Source: Candidatus Caenarcanales bacterium
Lineage (GTDB): Bacteria > Cyanobacteriota > Vampirovibrionia > Caenarcaniphilales > Caenarcanaceae
Direction: 5' to 3'
DNA length: 64,000 bases
Assembly: GCA_041737745.1 (NCBI GenBank)
Contig: JBGSRC010000008.1
Location: 44,459-108,458 of the forward strand
Part shown: positions 30,099 to 39,864 of the stretch, one piece after another
Layout: every line of letters starts with the position of its first letter
How positions within the stretch are numbered: the first letter of the stretch is position 1
Notes under the pieces: model-generated
Told to the model about the DNA's origin: nothing
Databases searched by the model: none
What the model saw: only the letters and a program-made list of their open reading frames with translations
Position numbers and translations under genes: made by a program

Positions 30099-31652
30099 CT
30101 AGCCCAGTCCGTATTCTTTCCAACGATCTTCCACTTTCTTCTTGAGCTCTGGAGACATATTTAGCTCTGCCGGCCAATCCCGGGTGAAGCCTTCAGTGGA
30201 CCATTTGACCGTTGCATCTAAGCCCATCTTCCCTCCAAGTCCCGCTCTGGTACTAGCATGATCGAGTATGTCGACTGGGCCTTCTGAGAGTACTGTGTCT
30301 CTGAGCGGGTCAGTATTGGCAAAGACCCTCCAAGCTACTTCGCTTAGATCGTGGATATTGACATCATGATCGAGCACTAGGACGTATTTGGTGAGGCTCA
30401 TTTGGCCTGAACCCCAGATCGAATTGATTATTTTTCGGGCATGACCGGGATAGCGTTTCTGAATTTTTATAATTGCACAGCTATGAAAGACGCCTTCCAG
30501 TGGCAGATTCAGGTCGAGGATCTCAGGCATGATGAACTGAAGCATAGGCAAAAAGATTCTTTCAGTCGCCTTCCCCAGATAACAATCTTCTTGAGGTGGT
30601 TTGCCGACGATTGTCGCTTGATAAATAGCCTTACGTTTGCGGGTGAGAGCGGTGAGCCGGAAGACCGGAAAATCACCAGCCAAAGAATAGAAGCCAGTAT
30701 GATCACCAAAAGGCCCCTCCCAACGCAGCTCATCTAGATCGACATAGCCCTCTAAAATAATCTCGGCGTCAGCTGGTACTTCCAGCTCGATGGTCTTGCA
30801 TTTGACCATGTCTACTGGTTTTTTTCGCAAGAAGCCAGCGAAGATCATCTCGTCTATCCCGGAAGGCAAGGGTGCTGTAGCCGCGTAAGTGATGCTGGGG
30901 TCAGCGCCGATGGCGACAGCTACTGGGATTTTGCGAAGACCACCGAATTTGGCGCCTAGCTTGAGGCCATGGGCTTCTGCTTCGCGTCTATCGAGTGCGC
31001 TTTCATTGGGGTTGGCTTGCAGATCCCGCGCTTTCTTGAAATGTTCAGCTGCGTCATGGTGCCAATGGACGTGAAAGCCGGTTTCAGTATTTGAATATTT
31101 TTGCATCCGATACATGCCGACGTTTCTAGTGCCCGTTGTGGGGTCTTTGGTGAAGACGAGGGGCAGGGTGATGAAAGGGCCACCATCGGCTGGCCAGCAT
31201 TTGAGGATGGGGAGCTGGTCTAGGAGCTTGTCTCCGTTAGCGGCTAGAAAGACTTCTTCTTGGCAGGGGGCTGAGAAGTTTTGGTGCACTCTGGGGGCGA
31301 AATTGGCGGCTTCGGCTAATTTGGGGAGGAGCGAGAGCTTGCCTAGGAGGCCTTGGGGGATGTTTTTGGCTAGGCCCAGATACTCGGCTATTCTTGCGCC
31401 TATTTCGTCTAGGTTATCGACATCGAAAGCGATGTTTAGACGTTGGTAGGAGCCTAGGGCATTGATCAGCAGGGGCATTTCATAGCCGATGACGTTCTCG
31501 AATAGAAGAGCTTTGTTTTTTGTGCCTTTTTCTTTGCTCACTCTGTCGGTGATCTCGGTGATTTCCAGTTCGGCCGTTACTGGTGCTGTGATCCGAATTA
31601 GTTCATTGGCTGCTTCTAGTTGGGAGACAAAAGTCTGAAGATCTCTGTTCAT
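30099..31652 (-). CDS. UbiD-family (prFMN-dependent) decarboxylase, quinone biosynthesis (ubiquinone or futalosine-pathway menaquinone)
   Basis: 517 aa, collinear with 3-octaprenyl-4-hydroxybenzoate carboxy-lyase family (e.g. 'PLVFTKDPTTGTRNVGMYRMQ', 'HHDAAEHF', 'GADP', 'GYFLRKKPVDMVKCKTIELEVPADAEIILEG'). Confidence 0.85.
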   Translation of the reverse strand: MNRDLQTFVSQLEAANELIRITAPVTAELEITEITDRVSKEKGTKNKALLFENVIGYEMPLLINALGSYQRLNIAFDVDNLDEIGARIAEYLGLAKNIPQGLLGKLSLLPKLAEAANFAPRVHQNFSAPCQEEVFLAANGDKLLDQLPILKCWPADGGPFITLPLVFTKDPTTGTRNVGMYRMQKYSNTETGFHVHWHHDAAEHFKKARDLQANPNESALDRREAEAHGLKLGAKFGGLRKIPVAVAIGADPSITYAATAPLPSGIDEMIFAGFLRKKPVDMVKCKTIELEVPADAEIILEGYVDLDELRWEGPFGDHTGFYSLAGDFPVFRLTALTRKRKAIYQATIVGKPPQEDCYLGKATERIFLPMLQFIMPEILDLNLPLEGVFHSCAIIKIQKRYPGHARKIINSIWGSGQMSLTKYVLVLDHDVNIHDLSEVAWRVFANTDPLRDTVLSEGPVDILDHASTRAGLGGKMGLDATVKWSTEGFTRDWPAELNMSPELKKKVEDRWKEYGLG

Positions 31653-31859
31653 ATTTGCGGGGTGTGATTGCTTTGGGAAACGCCTTATGTCTTCAAATCA
31701 TAGCGGGGTTTGGGGTGAAGATCCTTCGATGTTTCACTGCTGAAAGCGGCTGCTTAGCAAGAGTCTAGCTAGTCCCCCATACAAAACTGATTCTCATAAC
31801 CACAAATGCAAGCCTCAGCCTTGTAAGAAGCTAGAATGTCAAGAATCATCAATCACTAA

Positions 31860-32363
31860 ATGAACGAAACCGAATCTCTCAAAAACGAAATAGAAGTTCT
31901 TTTGTATTGCCGTAACGAAGCAGTCAGCCTCAAAGAAATCGGCGAGCTTCTGGACATAAAACGCAGCCAAATAGAACCAGCCCTAGGAGAGTTGCTCCGC
32001 GAATACGATCTCAGAGAAACTGGCCTCTGCATCCTTTGCCACGAAGGAAAATACGCGCTAGCAGCCAGACCAGAATATGAATCCTTGGTCAGACGCCTAA
32101 TAAAACCAGAACTCAGAGACGCCCTTCTGAAGACACTCGCAATCATCGCCCTCAAACAACCTGTCCGCCAGTCAGATATAGTCCGGAGGCGTGGCTCCAT
32201 AGCCTATGAGCACATTCACGATCTCGAAGAACGGAAGCTGATCGTCAGGGAAAAGAGCGGCTCGAGTTATTTGCTAAAAACCAGTCCAAAATTCAATCGT
32301 GACTACGATCTAAGCGAAGAAAAGCTATTAGCCCTGAGCGAACGCGCCGAGGCGGATCAATAA
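31860..32363 (+). CDS. scpB: Segregation and condensation protein B
   Basis: Tandem winged-helix pattern 'LLYCRNEAVSLKEIGELL...' and 'ALLKTLAIIALKQPVRQSDIVRRRG'; 167 aa. Confidence 0.8.
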   Translation: MNETESLKNEIEVLLYCRNEAVSLKEIGELLDIKRSQIEPALGELLREYDLRETGLCILCHEGKYALAARPEYESLVRRLIKPELRDALLKTLAIIALKQPVRQSDIVRRRGSIAYEHIHDLEERKLIVREKSGSSYLLKTSPKFNRDYDLSEEKLLALSERAEADQ

Positions 32364-32440
32364 TCACCCCTTAAAGCTGCTCTTTCATCATAAATGTAAG
32401 CCGAGGGAAAACCCCTGAGCTTAGAGGAGTCACCCAGCCG

Positions 32441-33016
32441 ATGAAACCAGCAACGCTTATATTTATCACGATCATCAATGCCCTTGTCTGCTTTGAAGTA
32501 GGCGCAATCAGAGACTACATTAGCCTTGGTCTCTTGCCCATCCCAAGCCAGCTAGAGATGTTGTTTCCTTTAGTCAGTCAAGCTAGATTTAGTTCTAGTC
32601 AGCCTTCCTTGCCTGAGCCGAGTTTTGAGGGTAGGTTAAAGGGAGCCAGTTGGCCTATAGCTGAAGTGTTGACCTCTAAACCTGGCCTAGTCTATGAAGT
32701 GAAGGAACTGAGTCGAAACAGCACTGGAGCGCTCGCATTGAGTTGGGATCTGGTGAATGCTTCTGGTGAAACCCTTTATTTGGGCGATCCCAATAAAAGT
32801 GACTTTCGGCCTGAACTAGTCGCTCTTACTTTGCACACCAAGGGAGTCTCATTGGGATCTGCTGAGGGTTCTTGTATCTTACCGGAGATGATTGGGGTTG
32901 GAGAGCGCGTTATCTGTAATCTTTTTTATCCACAGACTAGGCTCCCTGCTACGGGAACAGCTTCGGTGAGATTGCCTGCTAGTCAGCAAAACCTTAAGCT
33001 TTTTCTCAATATTTAG
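32441..33016 (+). CDS. Hypothetical secreted protein
   Basis: N-terminal signal-peptide-like hydrophobic segment 'ATLIFITIINALVCFEVGA'; 191 aa. Confidence 0.4.
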   Translation: MKPATLIFITIINALVCFEVGAIRDYISLGLLPIPSQLEMLFPLVSQARFSSSQPSLPEPSFEGRLKGASWPIAEVLTSKPGLVYEVKELSRNSTGALALSWDLVNASGETLYLGDPNKSDFRPELVALTLHTKGVSLGSAEGSCILPEMIGVGERVICNLFYPQTRLPATGTASVRLPASQQNLKLFLNI

Positions 33017-33080
33017 ACTGAAAAAATTTCCCCCAAGACCCCAGTTTTTTTGAGGAATCAGCTTGAAACAGAATGAATTA

Positions 33081-34064
33081 TCATTGCTTTACTTCAGTTT
33101 CTTTTTTTGAATCAGGCTTTGCGATTGGCTTTGTCACAGCTGCTTTTTTGACTGGCTTACTCTTCTTTTTCTTGTAACGCGTCTTACTGCTGGATTTGGC
33201 TCTAATTGGAGCCTTTGGCTTCGGAAGATAAGGCGCTACTAAAGCTAGATTTTTACTGGCTGAAGTGAATTCCGGATCAAGGCTTAAAGCTTGCGAAAAA
33301 TAAGCTCCAGCTTTTGTGAAATCACCCTGATCATAATGAGCAACCCCTAGATTGTTCCAGATCTTAGGGTCATTGGGGTTAAGATCTTTTGCCCGCTCGA
33401 AATACTCGATAGCTTCATGTACTTGAGCTTTCCCAAAGTAAATCAAGCCAAGATTGTAGTAGGAATATGGATTGTTGCCATCGAGCACAATCACCCGCTC
33501 AAAAGAACGAATGGCTCTATTTAGATCGTTTAAATCGATCATGATCGCCCCAAGCAATAAATGACCGCTAGCATAGTTGGGATCTAGCTTCAGCGCCTCA
33601 ACGGCATACTTGAGCGCTCTTTCAGTATTGCCAAGGCGCAAATGAGCCTCAGCCACGCTGGCATAAATCCGAGGATCGGGAGTTGTCTTGTCTAAAACAG
33701 TCTCGTAAAGCGCAATGGCATCGGCAAAACGACCAGCTTCATGGAGTGCAAGCGCTTGAACCAAAGGATCGCTCTGGTCTGGCCCTACGGGCACGTCGTA
33801 AGCGCCGGCTACAGCGCTCGGATCGAGAAAAGGGGCACCATTGCCACCATAGGGAGGCATCATCTGTGCTTGCGGCATCTGTTGTTGCTGGTCATAACCG
33901 GCTGGCCCATAGGGCATGGCTTGAGCATTGCCGTACATACCGGCTGGATCGTAGCCAGGATAATAACCGCTCGGATCACCGGCCAATGAAGCGCTAGCAA
34001 GCCAGCAGACCGCTAAAAGCAATGAAGATGTAAGAATTTTATCTTTCACTGAAAAGCTTTGCAC
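33081..34064 (-). CDS. TPR-repeat protein with signal peptide, Q/P/G/Y-rich region and Lys-rich C-terminal tail
   Basis: Several 34-aa TPR units (e.g. 'AEAHLRLGNTERALKYAVEALKLDPNYA', 'NLGLIYFGKAQVHEAIEYFERAKDLNPND'), N-terminal signal sequence and a C-terminal 'KSSSKTRYKKKKSKPVKK' tail. Confidence 0.7.
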   Translation of the reverse strand: MQSFSVKDKILTSSLLLAVCWLASASLAGDPSGYYPGYDPAGMYGNAQAMPYGPAGYDQQQQMPQAQMMPPYGGNGAPFLDPSAVAGAYDVPVGPDQSDPLVQALALHEAGRFADAIALYETVLDKTTPDPRIYASVAEAHLRLGNTERALKYAVEALKLDPNYASGHLLLGAIMIDLNDLNRAIRSFERVIVLDGNNPYSYYNLGLIYFGKAQVHEAIEYFERAKDLNPNDPKIWNNLGVAHYDQGDFTKAGAYFSQALSLDPEFTSASKNLALVAPYLPKPKAPIRAKSSSKTRYKKKKSKPVKKAAVTKPIAKPDSKKETEVKQ

Positions 34065-34081
34065 TCCTATGTTTATATAAA

Positions 34082-35365
34082 CTAAATACTACTAATCAAC
34101 TCTGACGAAGAGATGCCTTGCTTAGAGCCCAGATATTTTTCTTGAGTGTAATCGAGGATTTTGGCTGCTATTTCTCTTTTTGGCGCTTTACTGACAAGCA
34201 CTGGCTCTGGTTGCTCTGGGCTGATCAGATAGACTTCGTTGAAATCTGAACCTAAACCAAAGCCGGGGTTGGTGATTTCGTTGGCGACTATCACATCTAG
34301 TTTTTTATCGAGCATTTTTTGGGAAGCATTTTGGATGATGTTTTCCGACTCAGCGGCGAAGCCGATAAGAATTTGCCCTTCTTTTTTGATCCGGCCCAAG
34401 GTGGACAATATATCGGGGCTCTTCGTGAGATGTAGCACTAGGTCTTGATCGCCTTTGCTCTTTTTGATTTTGCGCGGGGAAACGCTAGTCGGTCTATAGT
34501 CTGAGACGGCCGCAGCCATGATCAGTATTCTGTTGTGGTCAAAATGTCTCTCCACTTCTTTCATCATTTCTAAAGCTGACTCAACCTGAACGGTCGGATA
34601 AGGTCTGTGCGCTCCAGTGGTGGTGATCAAAGTGACTTCTGCCCCACGAGCATGAGCTTCGTCAGCTAAAGCAATGCCCATCTTGCCAGAGCTTCTGTTG
34701 CTGATATAACGCACTGGGTCAATCTCTTCTCTGGTACCTCCTGCCGTTACCAGTACAGTCAAACCAGCCAACGGACTATCAATAGGAGCCAAAAAAGGCT
34801 CGGCGAAAATCTCTTCAATAGTATTTAGGACTGTTTCTAGCTCTGCAAGCTTCCCCAAACCTTCTGTTTTGCAGGCCAATTCGCCATAGATGGGAGGAAT
34901 GACTGTGACGTCTAGCTCTTTTTCTAGTTTGCGCAGATTTGCTTGCACTAGTGGGTTCTCCCACATGGCTGTATTCATCGCTGGAGCTAGTACTTTTTTG
35001 CCGGGAAAGGCGCAGGCAACGGTAGTGATCAAATCATCAGCAATACCAGAAGCAAGCTTCCCGATCAAATTGGCGGTGGCCGGTAATAGAAGCAATAAAT
35101 CAGCTTCCCGAACCAGTTCTATATGAAGCGGAGCACAAAGATCATAATCGAACTGATCTGTGTAAACTTCACGGTCTGTGAGAGTTTTGAAGGTAAGTGC
35201 AGAGACAAACTCGCAAGCATGCTTTGAGAGCAATACTTGTACTTGGTAGCCTGCTTTCTTGAGAAGCGAGCAGAGTTCGCAGGCTTTATAAGAGGCTATT
35301 CCGCCGCTGATTGCCAGCAGAATCTTTTTTGAATTGAATGGTTTTGGGAAAGAGGAGGCGCTCAC
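34082..35365 (-). CDS. coaBC: Bifunctional phosphopantothenoylcysteine decarboxylase / phosphopantothenate-cysteine ligase
   Basis: Flavoprotein N-domain 'KKILLAISGGIASYK', 'PAMNTAMWENP'; CoaB C-domain 'VTAGGTREEIDPVRYISNRSSGKMG'; 427 aa. Confidence 0.9.
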   Translation of the reverse strand: MSASSFPKPFNSKKILLAISGGIASYKACELCSLLKKAGYQVQVLLSKHACEFVSALTFKTLTDREVYTDQFDYDLCAPLHIELVREADLLLLLPATANLIGKLASGIADDLITTVACAFPGKKVLAPAMNTAMWENPLVQANLRKLEKELDVTVIPPIYGELACKTEGLGKLAELETVLNTIEEIFAEPFLAPIDSPLAGLTVLVTAGGTREEIDPVRYISNRSSGKMGIALADEAHARGAEVTLITTTGAHRPYPTVQVESALEMMKEVERHFDHNRILIMAAAVSDYRPTSVSPRKIKKSKGDQDLVLHLTKSPDILSTLGRIKKEGQILIGFAAESENIIQNASQKMLDKKLDVIVANEITNPGFGLGSDFNEVYLISPEQPEPVLVSKAPKREIAAKILDYTQEKYLGSKQGISSSELISSI

Positions 35366-35419
35366 AAACTGACTAGTACTTGTTAGGCTATAAGCGCTAT
35401 TTTACCTTAAGAGTTGGAC

Positions 35420-35755
35420 TTACTCTGTTCCACCACAGATTTCGTGGATCATGTCCGTTGCGAGATTACTCAGCTCTTCGTTGGTGAGACCGTTGAAATG
35501 GCTCCAGAGTAGCTCCACATATTGGCTCTGTTCGGCTAGCTCGGGGTAGACGCTAAAAAGATCTTTGGGGCGCGGATAAGCTCTGAAACTATTTACGGCG
35601 CGCAGAAGATCGAGCGATTGACTCAATTCTTTAATGGAACGCTCTGGTTTACCTGTTCTTCGAAGTGAGTGCTCACAAGCGTTAAGAAAGCGTGACCAGA
35701 GTTCGTTGTTGTAGCTGATTACGGCATTTGTGTCTTCGTTGTGGTAGTTGTTCAT
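35420..35755 (-). CDS. Hypothetical protein
   Basis: 111-aa ORF with no recognisable motif. Confidence 0.35.
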   Translation of the reverse strand: MNNYHNEDTNAVISYNNELWSRFLNACEHSLRRTGKPERSIKELSQSLDLLRAVNSFRAYPRPKDLFSVYPELAEQSQYVELLWSHFNGLTNEELSNLATDMIHEICGGTE

Positions 35756-35878
35756 TCTGTAACTCTCATTAGGCTTGACTTATGTCTATGATGGGCAGCA
35801 AAGCTTAAAGATAGGTTTAGGTGGGCTTAGGGAAGAGCCTTAGCTTTTCAGTTCTACTAAATCAAGTAAAATTTTTTT

Positions 35879-36955
35879 ATGAATGTAGAAGCAAAAATAA
35901 ATAGAGCCTTAGAAGCGCTCAAAACAGTAGATGATCCAGACCTAAAGCAAGATCTAGTCAAACTAAATATGGTCCGCGATCTTACGATTGGCGATAGGGG
36001 TCAGCTGAAATTTACTCTAGTGCTCACCACACCAGCTTGCCCGCTGAAAGCGCAGATTGAAGATGATTGTAGAAAAGCGCTTCGCTTTGCTGGTTTCGAA
36101 GACATCGAAATGTTTACAACGGCTGAAGTTAGAAGCTTTCGGGGTGTAGGAGCCAATGCGCCCGTTACCGGAGTCGCTAATATTCTCGCTATAAGCTCCG
36201 GTAAAGGCGGAGTAGGTAAATCGACTGTCAGTGTCAATCTGGCAATCTCACTAGCACGTTTGGGAGCGAGGGTAGGCTTGTTAGACGCCGATATCACTGG
36301 CCCCAATATCCCATTGATGCTCGGCATCAAAGACAAACCGGGAAGCACACCTGATGGCAAAAAAATCCTCCCGCTAGAAGCTCACGGCATCAAAGCGATT
36401 TCGATGGGTATGTTAGTCAAAGACGATGAGCCGGTAGTTTGGAGGGGGCCTATGCTTCATAGCGCCATCAATCAGTTCTTTCGTGATGTCGAATGGGGTC
36501 AGCTCGATTATTTGCTAGTAGATCTGCCGCCAGGTACCAGTGACGCGCAGTTGACTATTTGTCAGGCTGTGCCGCTGGCTGGGGCTGTTGTTGTCTCCAC
36601 TCCTCAAGACGTTGCATTGCTCGATAGCAAAAAAGGCTTCATGATGTTCAAGAAGATGAACGTAGCCGTCTTAGGTGTGATCGAAAATATGAGCTATTTC
36701 ATTGCTCCTGATACCGGTGCTCGTTATGAGATTTTTGGGCATGGTGGAGCGGAAAAGATTGCGGCTAGCTGGGGGGTTGATTTTCTCGGTGCTCTCCCGC
36801 TTTTTCCGGGGATCAGGCAGGCTAGTGATGAGGGAGTCCCTCTTGTGGTAAGTGATCCTGATTCAGAAGTGGCTCAGCTCTTTTCGAAGATTGCTCAGCA
36901 GATTGCGGCCAGAATTAGTATTCAAGTTGCTTCAGAGCTAGAGGTGCCTGTATGA
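35879..36955 (+). CDS. apbC: Fe-S cluster carrier ATPase Mrp/ApbC (with N-terminal DUF59/MIP18 domain)
   Basis: P-loop 'SGKGGVGKSTVS', deviant Walker A lysine, Fe-S ligand motif 'CQAV' region, N-terminal 'MIP18' domain; 358 aa. Confidence 0.9.
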   Translation: MNVEAKINRALEALKTVDDPDLKQDLVKLNMVRDLTIGDRGQLKFTLVLTTPACPLKAQIEDDCRKALRFAGFEDIEMFTTAEVRSFRGVGANAPVTGVANILAISSGKGGVGKSTVSVNLAISLARLGARVGLLDADITGPNIPLMLGIKDKPGSTPDGKKILPLEAHGIKAISMGMLVKDDEPVVWRGPMLHSAINQFFRDVEWGQLDYLLVDLPPGTSDAQLTICQAVPLAGAVVVSTPQDVALLDSKKGFMMFKKMNVAVLGVIENMSYFIAPDTGARYEIFGHGGAEKIAASWGVDFLGALPLFPGIRQASDEGVPLVVSDPDSEVAQLFSKIAQQIAARISIQVASELEVPV

Positions 36956-37299
36956 GCGAAGATGCACTTTTGTTCACTGAGATCTCTGCTCTAGAGCTAC
37001 AAGCAAGGCAGGGAGCTGGCGAGGTCTTGGCTTTGCTCGATGTGCGCGAGGCTTTTGAGCTGGAGCTAGCCAGTCTGGAGGGGGCTTTGCATTGTCCGCT
37101 CAGTGATTTTGTGGTGTCTTTGGAGCGCTTAGCTCTTGATCCTAAGCAAAAATTGGTTGTTTTTTGCCATCATGGCCGAAGAAGTGTTACGGCTGCTCAG
37201 CATCTCAGTGAGGTCTTGGGTTTCAGTGAGGTGATGAATTTGACCGGTGGGATCGATGCTTGGTCTCTTGAGGTCGATAGTTCTGTCTCGCGGTATTGA
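36952..37299 (+). CDS. Rhodanese-domain sulfurtransferase (single domain)
   Basis: Active-site loop 'CHHGRRS'; 115 aa. Start overlaps the mrp stop by 4 nt. Confidence 0.8.
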   Translation: MSEDALLFTEISALELQARQGAGEVLALLDVREAFELELASLEGALHCPLSDFVVSLERLALDPKQKLVVFCHHGRRSVTAAQHLSEVLGFSEVMNLTGGIDAWSLEVDSSVSRY

Positions 37300-37386
37300 G
37301 GGAGCTAAAGTAAATTCCCCGAAAAAGCTATGATGAATAAAGATCGGGATCAAATTAGCTAAACTCCAGTCTGTATATTTAAGAAA

Positions 37387-38256
37387 GTGAATAACAATAA
37401 ACCTACAAAGCCCATGCGTGAAAAAATGAGTGAAAGAAACTCCGGAAATACTGACTTCCCTCACTTCTGGGATACAAACAAAAATCAAACAGATCCCTAT
37501 ACAGAAGAAAGATTGACCGAAGAAGGCGTCAAGCTAAAAAGAAAATCTGTTCGCCTTCCCCAAATCTCCACAGAAGACTTCAACCCAGAAAGAAATATAA
37601 AGCCAATTGAAAACGAAAAAGACTTGCTCTTTACAGCCAATAAAAGACGTGAAGACGAATACAGAGAAGTACAACGCTTCCTACAGACTAAAACTTCTAA
37701 TTTTTCGAATGATATAAAGCCAGTAATAGCCGAAAATAACTATATATTGCCAGAGCCAGAACTTCATGTTCCTGTCTTGCCTTCCGATCTATTGGCTGTT
37801 GCTGAGCCACCGCTCAAAGTAGAACCCGAGCCCTCTGATTTTCCTTTGCACTTGGTGAGCTGGCTAGGTTTGGCGCTTGTTTTGTCGCTTGGCACTTTAA
37901 ATTTGCTCTATATGCTTGAGATCAAAGAGACAGAACAGCTCTTGCTCAAACGCCTTGACGCTCTAAGTACTCAAATAGCTCGTGGAGAGAACACCCAAAC
38001 TGAAACTCCCCCCAGCTTTTTAGAAGAAGATCCCAGTAGCTATGAAGAAGTTGTTGTTTCCTCTGAAACACCGCAAGCCCAACCAGAAAAGACAGTAAAC
38101 CCAATTGAAAAGCCTTTAGCTTTAGCTGGTAAAGCTTGGAAGAAAGCCCAGCAACTGATCACACCACAAACTAAGCCAAAAGAGAAGATCTATTCGCCTC
38201 TACTCCCTTCCGAAGAGAGTCCAGAAGAGGAAAACCCTTGGTCTTCCAGTCAATAA
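37387..38256 (+). CDS. Hypothetical single-pass membrane protein, Pro/Glu-rich
   Basis: One TM helix 'LVSWLGLALVLSLGTLNLLYML'; remainder charged low complexity; 289 aa. Confidence 0.4.
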   Translation: MNNNKPTKPMREKMSERNSGNTDFPHFWDTNKNQTDPYTEERLTEEGVKLKRKSVRLPQISTEDFNPERNIKPIENEKDLLFTANKRREDEYREVQRFLQTKTSNFSNDIKPVIAENNYILPEPELHVPVLPSDLLAVAEPPLKVEPEPSDFPLHLVSWLGLALVLSLGTLNLLYMLEIKETEQLLLKRLDALSTQIARGENTQTETPPSFLEEDPSSYEEVVVSSETPQAQPEKTVNPIEKPLALAGKAWKKAQQLITPQTKPKEKIYSPLLPSEESPEEENPWSSSQ

Positions 38257-38257
38257 A

Positions 38258-39772
38258 CTAATCCCAAGTTTCTCGGTAAACACCAGCCGGATCATAAATG
38301 TTCGCTTGGCGCTCAGGATTGAACACTCGGTCACGGGGATCGTTGCCTGTGCCGGCTAGATAAGCCCAATTCCCCCAATTGCTATAAACGTCATAATCGA
38401 CCAGAACACTCTCGAAATACTCGGCTCCTAGGCGCCAGTCCAAACAAAGCACTTTTGCGAGATAACTGGCGACGTTTTGCCTTGCTCTGTTGCTGGTGTA
38501 GCCAGTGCTGGCCAGTTCTTTCATTCCAGCGTCAATGAGTCTTTCGCCGGTTTTGCCTTGCTTCCAATGCTCAAAAGCGTTTTTGTCTTGGCGAAAGAAA
38601 GAAGCTTTGCCTGAGACCCCTGCCTTAGAGAAGAAAGCTTTGCCGTGCAACATGAACTGCCAGCGAAAAAAGTCGCGCCACAAGAGCTCAAAATACAACC
38701 AATAAGTTGACTCGTTTGCTCCTCGCTCGGCTTCATAGCTTTTCAGTTCTGCATAAATCTCCCGAGCTGAGATACAGCCTAGAGCGAGATAAACAGAAAA
38801 CTTGGAAGAGTTATCTTGGCCTAAGAGATTATTTCGGGTTTCTTTGTAGGTAGCTATGCAGTCTGTATCCCAGAGATAATGCTTCAGTCTTTTTAGGCCT
38901 GCTTCTCTTCCCCCTTGCAGGCCTAGGATCAAACTTCTATTTTCACTGTAGGTTTGGGGATTGTTTTCTATGGGGACGAAGTCCCCAAACCCCTGATTAT
39001 CTTTGAGGGATTGGGGTACTGCCAAAGCTCCTTGCAACCCTGCAATTATGCTTTGAGGGTATTCGTCGAGTAACTGTTCATGAACTTCCTGTCTTGGTAG
39101 GGTTTGGGGCGAAGCCCCATCAGGAAAAATCTCCCCATCCCTTAGGGAGGGGGTAGGGGGTGGGAAGGGATCAGTGCAAGAGCCTAAAAAAAGTGAGTTG
39201 CACTCTCCTGTCCAGTCTGGAAGAGGCGGAAGCAGGTCAGGTGCCCTCACAGGACTAGTGACAGTCCCCAAGCTCTCTAGTCTCTTTCGGAAAGAGGTAA
39301 ACTGCGGGCCAACGCTCTCTAGGGGAAACCCTAGATCATTTTTTTTATAGAGTGAGCCTGTCTCAAATTCCCTGACTTCTATCCCTAGGTGACGAATCTC
39401 GGCTAAGTCGGCTTCCTCTTCTGGCGCTGGCTCAGCGCTGACATGCACCAGTATTTGCTCAGGAGTAAGGCCAGAAAGCTCCATTAGTTGACTGAAGACA
39501 CTAGCTGCAGAGCCCTGCCGGATAAAGAGGCTAGAGCCTAGCTCAGTGAGAGCTTCTGACAAAGAATCCAAGCATTCTTGTAGGTGCTTACTTCGTCTCA
39601 GGGATAGACGAGGAAGTCTGCTAAGACGAGCCGGAGCCAGTTGGGTTGGGGTGAATAGATAGAGCGGTAAAAAACTCTGACAGCTCTCAGTCAGCTCAAG
39701 CAGCCCGGCATTATCGGCTAGGCGTAGGTCGTTTCGGAACCAAAAAATACCTAATTCTTTTTTTGCCTGCAC
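38258..39772 (-). CDS. Cryptochrome/photolyase family protein (CRY-DASH-like); interdomain linker contains repeat-derived sequence
   Basis: N-terminal photolyase alpha/beta domain ('GIFWFRNDLRLADN') and C-terminal FAD-binding domain ('WRDFF', 'TGYTSNRARQNVASYL', 'NWGNWAYLAG'). 504 aa. Confidence 0.85.
   Translation of the reverse strand: MQAKKELGIFWFRNDLRLADNAGLLELTESCQSFLPLYLFTPTQLAPARLSRLPRLSLRRSKHLQECLDSLSEALTELGSSLFIRQGSAASVFSQLMELSGLTPEQILVHVSAEPAPEEEADLAEIRHLGIEVREFETGSLYKKNDLGFPLESVGPQFTSFRKRLESLGTVTSPVRAPDLLPPLPDWTGECNSLFLGSCTDPFPPPTPSLRDGEIFPDGASPQTLPRQEVHEQLLDEYPQSIIAGLQGALAVPQSLKDNQGFGDFVPIENNPQTYSENRSLILGLQGGREAGLKRLKHYLWDTDCIATYKETRNNLLGQDNSSKFSVYLALGCISAREIYAELKSYEAERGANESTYWLYFELLWRDFFRWQFMLHGKAFFSKAGVSGKASFFRQDKNAFEHWKQGKTGERLIDAGMKELASTGYTSNRARQNVASYLAKVLCLDWRLGAEYFESVLVDYDVYSNWGNWAYLAGTGNDPRDRVFNPERQANIYDPAGVYRETWD
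38950..39170. repeat. Two REP-like units embedded in-frame in the photolyase/cryptochrome interdomain linker
   Basis: 'GGGGACGAAGTCCCCAAACCCCTG' (38962..38983) and 'GGGTTTGGGGCGAAGCCCCAT...CCCCATCCCTTAGGGAGGGGGTAGGGGGTGGG' (39101..39164) lie inside CDS 38258..39772. Confidence 0.6.
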
Positions 39773-39864
39773 TCTAATATGCTCTCAGGTCTTGGCAAGT
39801 GTGGCTTTAAGAAGCTATGATAATTAAATTAATATAAAGTAAAGCTTAAGGAAAAATATCGATA

